This document shows positions 18,948 to 27,795 of a DNA stretch of 64,000 nucleotides, piece by piece; within the stretch, counting starts at the first letter, position 1, and the number at the start of each line of letters is the position of its first letter. The position numbers were made by a program, and so were the translations under genes. The notes under the pieces were generated by a model. It searched no databases. It had not been told where the DNA came from and worked only from the letters and a program-made list of their open reading frames with translations. Source of the DNA: Nannocystis bainbridge (GTDB taxonomy: Bacteria > Myxococcota_A > Polyangia > Nannocystales > Nannocystaceae); the NCBI RefSeq assembly GCF_028368995.1, contig NZ_JAQNDL010000002.1, positions 32,001 through 96,000 on the forward strand. Direction: 5' to 3'.

Positions 18948-20330
18948 TCAGGCCAGGATCCCGGTGAGGTGCTCGGTGGTCTCGCCGCCGTTGAAGCCGT
19001 AGCTGGGGGTGTCGATGCCGAGCGCGCGCAGGATGGTGACGTGGACCTTGCAGAGGTTGCCGCCCTGCTCGCGGTAGTGGTAGCCGCGGACCAGCTTGCC
19101 GCCGGCGCCGCCGGCCAGGACCACCGGCATCTCGGCGGTGCTGTGCTTGTAGCCCTCGCCGTACTCGGACGCCCCGTAGACGCAGGCGCGGTCGAGCACG
19201 CTGACGCCCATCGGGTCGACGGCGGCGGCGAGGTGGTCGAGCAGGCGGGCGAACGCCAGCATCTGGTACTCGGTGATGCTGCGGACGTGCTCCCACTGAC
19301 CGTCGTGGCAGACCTGGTGCATCCCGTTGGGCACGCCGAGGTTGTTGAACACGTGGGTGGTGGCCGGCGAGCTCAGCATGAACGAGAACACGCGGGTGAG
19401 GCCGCAGTTGAGCGCGGCGGCCAGCAGCCCGGCCATGATGTCGGTGCGGGCGACGACGTCGGCCGAGTCGCCGGGGGCGGCGGGGATGATGTCACATGTC
19501 CCGGAGGACAGATCGAGGCGGCGCTGGACCTCGCGCAGGTGGTCGAGGTGGGCCTCGAGCCGCTGCTTGTCGGTGCCGCCGAGGCGGCCGCGCAGGCCCT
19601 CGGCGTCGGCCATGACGGCGTCGATGAGGGTGACGCGGCGGGTCAGCGCCATCAGGTCGGCCGGCACGTCGAACAGCATCGAGTAGAGCTGCGCGGGGCT
19701 GTGGATCGCCCCGACCGGCGAGTCGGGGCCGGTGAACGAGATGGCGTTCCAGTGGCCGTAGTCGTGGAAGCGGGCCTCGCTGACGCCGAGGCACAGCGAA
19801 CGGAACCGCGAAGGCGTGTTGCCGTAGAACTGCTCGTGACCGGCGATGTACTGGTCGAGGGTCGGCCGCAGGCAGGTCAGGGTGTGCGACGGGTGATCGA
19901 AGCCCTCGGGGCGGATGCGGTCGCCGGTCATCGCCACCATGAAGCCGCGCATGTGGCCGTCGCTCTGGCCGTTGTCGGGCTGCGGGACCTCGGTCTTGGG
20001 CTCGAGGCCGGTGGCGACGCTGACCTTGTGGGCGGCGAGCGGCGTGAGCAGCGGCGAGGGCGTGAAGTCGGCGCCGAGCGTGGGCGGGGTCCAGACGTCG
20101 CCGCCGGGGCTGTTGGCGCCCTGATCGGCGCCGTGCCCGGCGTGCCACGGGACGCCGTTGGCCCAGTAGAACAGGCCGAAGATCGGGTCGCTGCTCGGGT
20201 CGGCGGCGCGGGCCTCCTCGGCGAACATCGCCTCGAGCGGCGGCAGGGCGAGGGCCACGGCGGCGCCGCCGACGGCCCCGCGCAGGACGGTGCGGCGGGA
20301 GATGGGCGGTTTGCGGATCAGGAAGGTCAT
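18948..20330 (-). CDS. DUF1552-family protein with Tat-like signal
   Basis: ISRRTVLRGAVGGAAVALALPPLEAM; DKQRLEAHLDHLREVQRRL; TRV; MPVVLAGGAGG. Confidence 0.85.
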   Translation of the reverse strand: MTFLIRKPPISRRTVLRGAVGGAAVALALPPLEAMFAEEARAADPSSDPIFGLFYWANGVPWHAGHGADQGANSPGGDVWTPPTLGADFTPSPLLTPLAAHKVSVATGLEPKTEVPQPDNGQSDGHMRGFMVAMTGDRIRPEGFDHPSHTLTCLRPTLDQYIAGHEQFYGNTPSRFRSLCLGVSEARFHDYGHWNAISFTGPDSPVGAIHSPAQLYSMLFDVPADLMALTRRVTLIDAVMADAEGLRGRLGGTDKQRLEAHLDHLREVQRRLDLSSGTCDIIPAAPGDSADVVARTDIMAGLLAAALNCGLTRVFSFMLSSPATTHVFNNLGVPNGMHQVCHDGQWEHVRSITEYQMLAFARLLDHLAAAVDPMGVSVLDRACVYGASEYGEGYKHSTAEMPVVLAGGAGGKLVRGYHYREQGGNLCKVHVTILRALGIDTPSYGFNGGETTEHLTGILA

Positions 20331-22051
20331 GCGTCGGTCTCCTCGGAGACGGTGCGGAAGGCCTCGCTGACGACGAGGTCGAGCAGCAGCTGCTTGAAGC
20401 GGTGGTCGGCCTTGATGAAGCGCTGCTCGAGCGCGTCGAGGGCCGGGAACTCGGACAGCGCAGGCAGGCGGCCGGTGGCGTGGCGGTACAGCTGGTTGAC
20501 GATGCAGCGACCGACGCGCGGGTCGGTCTTGAGCGCCTCGGCGAGGTCGCGCGCGCCGTCCAGCGGGATGCCGTCGAGGTTGCCGCTGGCGTCGACCGGG
20601 TAGCCGTTGTCGAGCGTGCGGTAGCCGCCGACCGAGTCGAAGTGCTCGAACAGGAACCCGGGCGGGTCGATGATCGAGTGACAGCCGGCGCACACCGGAT
20701 CCTTCTGGTGCTGCTCGAGCTTCTCGCGCACGGTCTGGGCGTCCATGTCCTCGTCGTCGCCGAGGTCGGTGTCGACGTCGCCGGGCGGCGGCGGGATGAC
20801 CTGACACAGCACCCGCTCGCGCACGTACTTGCCGCGGTTGGTCGGCGAGGTGATGGTCTCGTGCGCGTTCATGGTGAGGAAGGCGCCGAGCGTGAGGATG
20901 CCGGCGCGCGGGCCGTCGACGGGCAGGTCGACCGGGACGAAGGTGATCGGCGAGGCGCCCTCGGCCTCGATGTCGTAGAGCGCGGCCAGCTCGGCGTTGA
21001 CGAAGGTGTGGCGGGTGCTGAACAGCTGGCGGATGTCGCTGTCGCTGCGGTGGATCAGGTCGTCGACGAGCAGCTGGACCTCGGTGCGCATCGACGCGGT
21101 CATGGTCGGGCTGAACATCGGCCAGCGCGCGGGGTCGCGGGCGACGTGGTCGAGGCGCGCGAGGTCGAGGTACTGGGCGAAGAACTCCTGCAGGGCGACG
21201 CGGGCGCGCGGGTCCTCGAGCAGGCGCTCGGCCTCGGCGACGAGGCCGGCCTCGGTGTGGAGGTCGCCGCTGCCGGCGGCGTCGAGCAGGACGTCGTCGG
21301 GCGGGCCGTTCCACAGCAGGAAGGACAGGCGCGTCGCCATCTCCCAGCCGGTGAAGCGCAGCCGCGTCGGGTCGTTCGGGTCGGGCTCGCCGAGCTCGAC
21401 GCGGTACAGGAAATGCGGCGACTGCAGGACGCCGGCGACCGCGAATTGCAGGCCGCGCCAGGCGTCGCCCTCGGCCAGCTGGGTGGCGACGTCGGTCCAG
21501 CGGGCCTGCTCGGCGCCGGTCAGCGGGCGGCGATAAGCGCGGCGGCCGAAGCTGGCGAGGAAGTTCTGCACGCAGCCGTCGCCGGGCGACAGCGGGACGC
21601 AGCCGACCAGCGCCTCGCGTCGGGCCTGATCGGTGAAGACGGCCCGCGCGAGGGCGTCGGCGGCCTCCTCGTACTGCTGCACCCCGAGTTCGGAGATGAA
21701 AGTGCTGGTCGCGCCGATGTTGTAGAAGAGGTACGGGTTGGTGTCGGGCTCGAGCGGCAGGCCGGGCAGGCCGGGGCCGAGCAGGTGGGCGATCGCGTTG
21801 CGGTACTGCGAGGCGGTGAGGCGCGGCAGGACCGGCTCGGCCGGCTCGAAGGCCTCGGGCGAGTCGCCGCTGTCGCTGTCGCTGCCGCCGGTGTCGGTCG
21901 GATCGCCGGAGCCGACGGTGGCGTCGGTGCCGGCCGACTCACCGCTGCTGCTCGCGGGCTGGTCGCTGTCCCGGGCGCTGTTGTCGTCATAGCAGGCGCT
22001 GGCGAGCACGAGCAGCGCACCGGCGATTCCGAGCCGAGGGAACCTCACCAT
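20327..22051 (-). CDS. DUF1587/1595/1592/1588/1585-type lipoprotein with a CxxCH heme-binding motif
   Basis: RLTASQYRNAI, FGRRAYRRPL, LQSPHFLYRVE, MATRLSFLLW, TSPTNRGKYV, CAGCH; 4-bp overlap with the DUF1552 gene. Confidence 0.85.
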   Translation of the reverse strand: MVRFPRLGIAGALLVLASACYDDNSARDSDQPASSSGESAGTDATVGSGDPTDTGGSDSDSGDSPEAFEPAEPVLPRLTASQYRNAIAHLLGPGLPGLPLEPDTNPYLFYNIGATSTFISELGVQQYEEAADALARAVFTDQARREALVGCVPLSPGDGCVQNFLASFGRRAYRRPLTGAEQARWTDVATQLAEGDAWRGLQFAVAGVLQSPHFLYRVELGEPDPNDPTRLRFTGWEMATRLSFLLWNGPPDDVLLDAAGSGDLHTEAGLVAEAERLLEDPRARVALQEFFAQYLDLARLDHVARDPARWPMFSPTMTASMRTEVQLLVDDLIHRSDSDIRQLFSTRHTFVNAELAALYDIEAEGASPITFVPVDLPVDGPRAGILTLGAFLTMNAHETITSPTNRGKYVRERVLCQVIPPPPGDVDTDLGDDEDMDAQTVREKLEQHQKDPVCAGCHSIIDPPGFLFEHFDSVGGYRTLDNGYPVDASGNLDGIPLDGARDLAEALKTDPRVGRCIVNQLYRHATGRLPALSEFPALDALEQRFIKADHRFKQLLLDLVVSEAFRTVSEETDA

Positions 22052-22314
22052 ACAGTCGGAGGTTCTATCACGATTCGCTGCGGGCCCGCCGGCCCGCGCG
22101 TGCGGACGCTACTGTCCCTTGGGACAGGTCCTTGCGGGGGCGGCCGGCGACGCGTTCGCGGGCCGGGCGGGCGCGATGGCTCGCGGAGCCGGGTCGGTTC
22201 CGAGCGCCGCGGCGGCCCGGTCGTTCGCGGCTGGCGGCGGCGCGCCTCGCAGGTCCTTCGCGCGCCTTTACGAGGCCGCGCTGCGCCGGGCGGGCGAACT
22301 CGACTTCGCGGACG

Positions 22315-24456
22315 TCAGCCGGCGTAGCTGAGGAACTTCGGATCGACCGCCGGGCCCTTTTGCAGGATCTCGGTCGCCTGCTCGACCGCCTCGCGGCCGC
22401 CCGCGAAGGTGACGACCTCGCCGAGCGCCAGCTTGTGGCGGGTGATCGGCTGCGGGACCTCGGTGCCGTCGGGGCGGTGGATGGTGAGGATGGCGACGCC
22501 GGTGCGCAGGCGCAGGTTGAGCTGCGAAAGGCTGCGACCGAGGCCGGCGCTGGTCTCGACGATCTGCACCGCGGTCATGCCGGGCAGGCCGGGGAGAATC
22601 TCCTCGACGGTGGGCTCGGGGGGCTCGATGATCGCCGGCGAGCCGTGGTGCGACTCAGCGGCCCTGCGGCTCTGGCGGCCGAGCATCTCGACCACCAGCT
22701 CGGCGCCGGCGCGCACGTGGCCCTGGAGGTTCTTGATGCTGCGCCAGGCGTTGACGGCGAGGGCGAGGATGATGAGGGCGAACACCGCGAAGGTGGAGCC
22801 CGGGGGCACGAACGGCTGGGTGATGGCGACCAGCGGCAGGCCGACGGCGAGGCCGAGCGCGAGCTGGAACACGACGATGATGAGGTTGCGCGGGGCGGCG
22901 CCGAGGTCGGGCCGGGACGTGCCGTCGTTCGGGCGCTCGGGCATGACGATGCGCGCGAGGATGTTGGCGAGGTTGACGCTCTGGCGGATGACGCCGACGA
23001 AGAAGATCGCTGCGACCACGAGGGTGACGCCGGTGAAGGCGGGCCCGACCAGCCACTCCGGCAGGGTGAAGCGGTCGTGCAGCGCCTCGACCACGCGCTT
23101 TTGGACCAGACGCGCGCCGGCGAGGCTGGCGATCAGCAGCGCCGCGTCGACGCCGAGCAGGATGATCGTGCGGCGGATCCGCTGCCAGGTCGAGACCGTG
23201 CCGCGGGCCGACTTGAGCTGCTCGATCCACGTCTCGTAGAAGGTGACGAACGTCTGCAAGCGGGCCGGCAGGCGGCGGTCGACCGCGTCGGCGACCCGCT
23301 CGGAGTTGCGGACCATCCACGGGGTCGTGAGCGAGGTGAGCAGCGAGACGGCGACGGCGACCGGATAGATGAAGCTGCCGGTGGCGCCGCGGGCGATGCC
23401 GAGGCCGGCGATGATGAACGAGAACTCGCCGATCTGGGCCAGGCTCATGCCGGAGCGGACCGAGTGCTTGATGCCGTTGCCGGTGAGGAAGGCGCCGAGC
23501 GCCACGCCGAAGGTCTTGCCGACCAGGACCAGCGCGGTGAGCACGAGCACCGGCAGCCAGTGGGTGGCGACGTCCATCGGGTTGATCGACAGGCCGACGG
23601 CGATAAAGAAGATGGCGGCGAAGATGTCGCGCAGCGGCTGGACCAGGTGCTCGACCTTGCCGCCCTCGCCCGACTCGGACACCAGCATGCCGGCGAGGAA
23701 GGCCCCGAGCGCGACCGAGTAGCCGGCCTCGGCGGCGAGCGTGGCCATGGTGAAGCACACGGCGATGCCGGCGATCAGGGTGGTCTCGGAGCGGCTGAGG
23801 CGGACGACGCCGCGGATGAAGCGCGGCACGACGAGCAGGCCGATGGCCAGCAGCGCGAGCAGGAACCCGAGCAGCTTGCCGATCTCGAGCGCGAACTCGC
23901 CGGTGGTGAGGCCCTCGCCGGACGACACGGCGGTGAGCACGGCGAGCAGGAGGATGGCGATGATGTCCTCGAACACGAGGATGCCGAACACGACCTCGGC
24001 GAAGCCGCCCTTGAGCTTCTGCTCCTCGAAGGCCTTGGCGACCAGCATGGTCGAGGAGATGCCGGCGCAGGCGCCGACGAACAGCGACTCGATCGGGGTG
24101 AAGCCCAGCAGCCGCGCGGCGACGAAGCCGAGGCTCAGCATGAGGCCGACCTCGACGACGGCGGTGAAGCCGGCGACGAGGCCGATCCGGGCGATCTTGC
24201 GCAGGTTGAACTCGAGGCCGATGGTGAACATCAGCAGGATGACGCCGAGTTCAGAGAGGCTGTGGGTGAGCTCCGCGCCGCCCTCGCCGCCCAGCACGAT
24301 CCCGGGGACGTGCGGGCCGAGGAGGATGCCGGCGAGCAAATAGCCGAGCACCGGCGGCTGCTTGAGGCGCTGCGAGATCAGGCTCGTGACGGCGGCTGTG
24401 CTGAGGACGATGCTCAGATCGCGGAGATGGTCGGCGAAGCCGGCTGCGGCGCTCAT
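22315..24456 (-). CDS. CPA2 cation:proton antiporter with C-terminal RCK_C (TrkA-C) domain
   Basis: LKQPPVLGYLLAG, ELGVILLMFTIGLEF, ISST, GILVFEDI, LAQIGEFSFIIA; C-terminal GRSLSQLNLRLRTGVAILTIHR. Confidence 0.85.
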   Translation of the reverse strand: MSAAAGFADHLRDLSIVLSTAAVTSLISQRLKQPPVLGYLLAGILLGPHVPGIVLGGEGGAELTHSLSELGVILLMFTIGLEFNLRKIARIGLVAGFTAVVEVGLMLSLGFVAARLLGFTPIESLFVGACAGISSTMLVAKAFEEQKLKGGFAEVVFGILVFEDIIAILLLAVLTAVSSGEGLTTGEFALEIGKLLGFLLALLAIGLLVVPRFIRGVVRLSRSETTLIAGIAVCFTMATLAAEAGYSVALGAFLAGMLVSESGEGGKVEHLVQPLRDIFAAIFFIAVGLSINPMDVATHWLPVLVLTALVLVGKTFGVALGAFLTGNGIKHSVRSGMSLAQIGEFSFIIAGLGIARGATGSFIYPVAVAVSLLTSLTTPWMVRNSERVADAVDRRLPARLQTFVTFYETWIEQLKSARGTVSTWQRIRRTIILLGVDAALLIASLAGARLVQKRVVEALHDRFTLPEWLVGPAFTGVTLVVAAIFFVGVIRQSVNLANILARIVMPERPNDGTSRPDLGAAPRNLIIVVFQLALGLAVGLPLVAITQPFVPPGSTFAVFALIILALAVNAWRSIKNLQGHVRAGAELVVEMLGRQSRRAAESHHGSPAIIEPPEPTVEEILPGLPGMTAVQIVETSAGLGRSLSQLNLRLRTGVAILTIHRPDGTEVPQPITRHKLALGEVVTFAGGREAVEQATEILQKGPAVDPKFLSYAG

Positions 24457-24572
24457 GATGTGACCGCAAGAATACCCCAGGACGGGGCGGACTCGCGGCG
24501 GTCCCGCGTCCGCGTCCGGCGCCGCGCTGGCGGTGCGGGGGGTCGTGGTATGGTCGCAGGCCGGTCGCCCCC

Positions 24573-26630
24573 ATGTCGTCGACACCGGTTCCGCGGCCGA
24601 CCCGCCGTCTCCAGGCCGCTCGCCTCCTCGGTCTCGCGGCCGTCGGCGTGCTCGGGATGATCGTCACCGACGCGCCGTTCGGTCACTTCGGTGCGTCGAG
24701 TCAGGTGACCCTGCTCGGGGCGATCTACGCCGGGGTGCTGGTCGCGCTGTCGGGCCTGTTTTCCCTTGCGGCGCTGCAAGGTCGGCGGTGGGCGACCTGG
24801 GGTTCGTTCATCCTGCTGTCGCTGAACATCGGCGCGTTCCTGCCGGCGATGATCCACGACTTCCCGGTCGCCGGCTCGGTGATGCTGTGGAGCGTCGTCC
24901 ACGTCGCCAACGAGTTCTTCGTCGCCGACACGCGCACGCACCGGGTCCGCCGGCAAGAGCAGAAGGCGACGCCGGACGCGGTGTGGATCCAGCGCTACGG
25001 GGCGGCGGCGCGGCACATCCTGGCGGTGTCGCTGATGGCCAACCTGGCGATCGTCGGCTTCGAGATCGCGGCGTCGTGGGTGGCCGACATGACGTGCCTG
25101 GTGCTCGGCCTCGGGGTCACGGCGCTGACCGGGCCGTTCATGCTGGCGGTGGTGCGCGAGCGGCCGCGCTACCTGATCTGGCTGGCGCTGGTGCTGCTGG
25201 GGGTGCCGTGGGGGACGACGCCGCTGAACGCGGTGCTGGTGGGGCTGACGCTGTACCAGATCGTCGCGTTCGCGGTCGTGCTGGCCCGCGGGCCGCTGTT
25301 CGACGACCTCGTGCAGAGCTTCCTGCACCGGCCGGCGCTGCTGCTGCTGTCGACGTTCGGGACGATGGCGGTGACCGGGGCGCTGGTGCTGAGCTTCCCG
25401 GCGTCGGCCCGCGGCGCGCCGCTGTCGTTCATCGACGCGCTGTTCACCGCGACCAGCGCGGCCTGCATCACCGGCCTGATGGTGCTCGACACGGCGACCA
25501 CGTTCTCGGCGTTCGGCCAGGCGGTGATCCTGATCCTGATCCAGCTCGGCGGGCTCGGGATCATGGTGCTCTCGACGTTCGCGACCATCCTGCTCGGCGG
25601 CCGGCTGGCGCTGCGCAGCGAGCAGGCGCTCGAGGAGATCCTCGACATCCAGAGCCCGGGGGCGGCCTACGAGCTGGCGAGCTTCATCGTCGTGGCGACG
25701 CTGGCGCTCGAGGGGCTCGGTGCGGCGATCCTGGCGCTGCGGTTCTCGCAGGCCGGGATGGGTGTGCTCGACGCGATCTGGTACGGGGTGTTCCACTCCG
25801 TCGGGGCGTTCTGCCACGCCGGCTTCGCGCTGTGGCCGGACTCGCTGATCTCGCTGCAGGAGGACCCGGTGGTGCTGACGGTGATCATGGCGCTGGTGGT
25901 GGTCGGCAGCGTCGGCTTCTCGGTGCTGGCGGCGCTGTGGTTGCGCGCCCGCGGGGTCCACCGCCGCTTCTCGCTGCAGACGCGGGTGGTGCTGTGGATG
26001 ACGCTGGCGCTGATCGTGGTCGGGACGCTGCTCTTCGCGCTGCTCGAGTGGGACGCGACGCTGGCGGGGATGTCGACGTTCGACAAGTGGATGAACGCGC
26101 TCTTCCAGTCGATCACGCTGCGCTCGGGCGGGTTCAACTCGGTCGACTTCACCGGCGTCGAGCAGGCGACGATCGCGGTGATGATCGTGTGGATGTTCAT
26201 CGGCGCGGCCCCGGGCGGGACCGGCGGCGGGATCAAGGTGACGACCCTGGCGGTGCTGGCGGCGGCGTTCCCGGCCCTGCTCTACAACCAACCGCGCGCA
26301 GTGCTGATGCGCCGCGCGATCCCCAACGAGATCGTCTACCGCGCGGCGACCATCGTCACGGTGGCCGGGCTCATCACCGCGATCGCGGTGATCATCATGC
26401 TGGCGACCCACAAGCTGCCGTTCGCCCACGTGGTGTTCGAGGTGGTCAGCGCGGTCGGGACGGTGGGCCTGTCGCTCGGGATCACCGAAAACCTGCACGC
26501 GATCGGCAAGTGGGTCCTGATCGTGCTGATGTTCATCGGCCGGGTCGGGCCGACGTCGCTGGCGCTGGCCCTGGGGGCGCAGAAGACCGGCCGGGTGACG
26601 TTCCCCGAGGGCCGGCTGATGGTCGGGTAA
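24573..26630 (+). CDS. TrkH/KtrB-family K+ uptake membrane protein with long N-terminal membrane extension
   Basis: Four pore motifs: ATSAACITGL, SVGAFCHAGF, SITLRSGGF and VSAVGTVGLS; also GGTGGGIKVTT and MFIGRVGP. Confidence 0.9.
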   Translation: MSSTPVPRPTRRLQAARLLGLAAVGVLGMIVTDAPFGHFGASSQVTLLGAIYAGVLVALSGLFSLAALQGRRWATWGSFILLSLNIGAFLPAMIHDFPVAGSVMLWSVVHVANEFFVADTRTHRVRRQEQKATPDAVWIQRYGAAARHILAVSLMANLAIVGFEIAASWVADMTCLVLGLGVTALTGPFMLAVVRERPRYLIWLALVLLGVPWGTTPLNAVLVGLTLYQIVAFAVVLARGPLFDDLVQSFLHRPALLLLSTFGTMAVTGALVLSFPASARGAPLSFIDALFTATSAACITGLMVLDTATTFSAFGQAVILILIQLGGLGIMVLSTFATILLGGRLALRSEQALEEILDIQSPGAAYELASFIVVATLALEGLGAAILALRFSQAGMGVLDAIWYGVFHSVGAFCHAGFALWPDSLISLQEDPVVLTVIMALVVVGSVGFSVLAALWLRARGVHRRFSLQTRVVLWMTLALIVVGTLLFALLEWDATLAGMSTFDKWMNALFQSITLRSGGFNSVDFTGVEQATIAVMIVWMFIGAAPGGTGGGIKVTTLAVLAAAFPALLYNQPRAVLMRRAIPNEIVYRAATIVTVAGLITAIAVIIMLATHKLPFAHVVFEVVSAVGTVGLSLGITENLHAIGKWVLIVLMFIGRVGPTSLALALGAQKTGRVTFPEGRLMVG

Positions 26631-26710
26631 CGGCTGGCCGAAAGGGCATGTCCTTTCGGACATGGCCATTCGGGCATGCGCGTTTGGGCATGTCTGAACG
26701 GGCAGGTTCA
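26630..26710. repeat. 14-bp-phased CATG palindrome array filling a convergent intergenic gap
   Basis: GCTG at 26633; CATG at 26647, 26661, 26675 and 26689; CAGG at 26703. Confidence 0.85.
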
Positions 26711-26712
26711 GA

Positions 26713-27360
26713 TCAGTTCGGCAGGCAGGGGATGAGGACGCCGTCGTTGCTGATGACGCAGGTGCTGCCCGCGGGGCACTCGGGCGCTTCGGGGCTGCCC
26801 TCGCACAGAGGGACGCACACGGGACCGAGGGTGTCGGGGTCGGTGCCGAGGCAGATCGATTGCGCGTCGCAGGAGTCGATGAGGCGCGTCGGGTGGGGCT
26901 CGATGGTGCACGGCTCGCCGACGCCGTCAGGGTCGGGGTCGAGCGGGACGCAGGCGGTCGTGTGCCAGGGGGCGCCCTCCTCGCTGCTGGCGGGGACGCA
27001 CTTCTCGCCACTGGGACAGTTCTGCAGGAAGGGGTTGCAGGTGCTGCAGCGGGCCTGCTGTTCGCCGAGGCCGGCGACGCAGTTGCCGACGTCGGGCGGG
27101 GTGATGAAGGTGCCGCCCTCGCTGCTGGTGGCGGCGGTGCCTGGATCGGGCTCGACCGAGGTGGTGGTCGGCGCGGCGGTGGTGCTGGTCGCGGTGGTGG
27201 TGGTCGTCGTTGAAGGGCCGGTTGTCGTGGTGAGGCCGCCCGTGCTGTCCGGATTGCTGTCAGTGCCGTCGGTGGTGGACATCGGCGCCTGGGGGCCGCA
27301 GGCGACGGTGAGGAGCGCGAGGGCGAAGGGTAGAGCCAGGGCGGAAGCAGGCGAGGTCAC
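26713..27360 (-). CDS. Thr-rich, Cys-rich lipoprotein
   Basis: LTVAC lipobox, T-rich linker, CNPFLQNCPSGEKCVP...C; TACGCT 6 nt before the GTG start. Confidence 0.75.
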   Translation of the reverse strand: MTSPASALALPFALALLTVACGPQAPMSTTDGTDSNPDSTGGLTTTTGPSTTTTTTATSTTAAPTTTSVEPDPGTAATSSEGGTFITPPDVGNCVAGLGEQQARCSTCNPFLQNCPSGEKCVPASSEEGAPWHTTACVPLDPDPDGVGEPCTIEPHPTRLIDSCDAQSICLGTDPDTLGPVCVPLCEGSPEAPECPAGSTCVISNDGVLIPCLPN

Positions 27361-27426
27361 GCAGCGAGCGTAGCAACGGCCGGGCCGGATGGCCGGGATT
27401 TTTCGCGGCGGCGCGAGGGTGTGCGT

Positions 27427-27540
27427 GAGGAGATGTCTCGAAGGAGATGTCTCTCGAGACATTTGATTGTCAGGGCCGGTCGGCGAGGCGCTCGCAGTCG
27501 CGATCGGCGGACTCGCGGCATGTCTCGAAGGACAGGTCAT
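27427..27540. repeat. Degenerate 14-bp-phased elements
   Basis: GATG at 27432 and 27446 with CATT at 27460; CATG at 27519 with CAGG at 27533. Confidence 0.65.
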
Positions 27541-27775
27541 CGGGCTCGTCCGCGTGTAGCGGATCGGTCGCGTCACCCGTGGTCGGGTCGGCGGTGGTGC
27601 CGGTGGTCGAGGTGGTGGTCTCGTCGTCGGTGGTCGTGGCCGATTCGACGGTGATGGTGGTATCGAAGGTGGTCGACCAGGTGTGCTCGTCGAGGTGCTG
27701 GTGCTGGTGCTGGTGCTGGTATCGAAGGTGGTCTCGAGGGGCGCTGACAGAGGTGCGCAGGCGCGAGGTGGCGCT
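27470..27775 (-). pseudogene. Probable frameshifted remnant of a Thr/Ser-rich lipoprotein gene
   Basis: One frame reads RACAPLSAPLETTFDTSTSTSTS; another continues STTFDTTITVESATTTDDETTTSTTGTTADPTTG. A (GGTGCT)x4 microsatellite lies at the junction. Confidence 0.4.
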
Positions 27776-27795
27776 CGGGCGGCGGCGTAGGGCGA

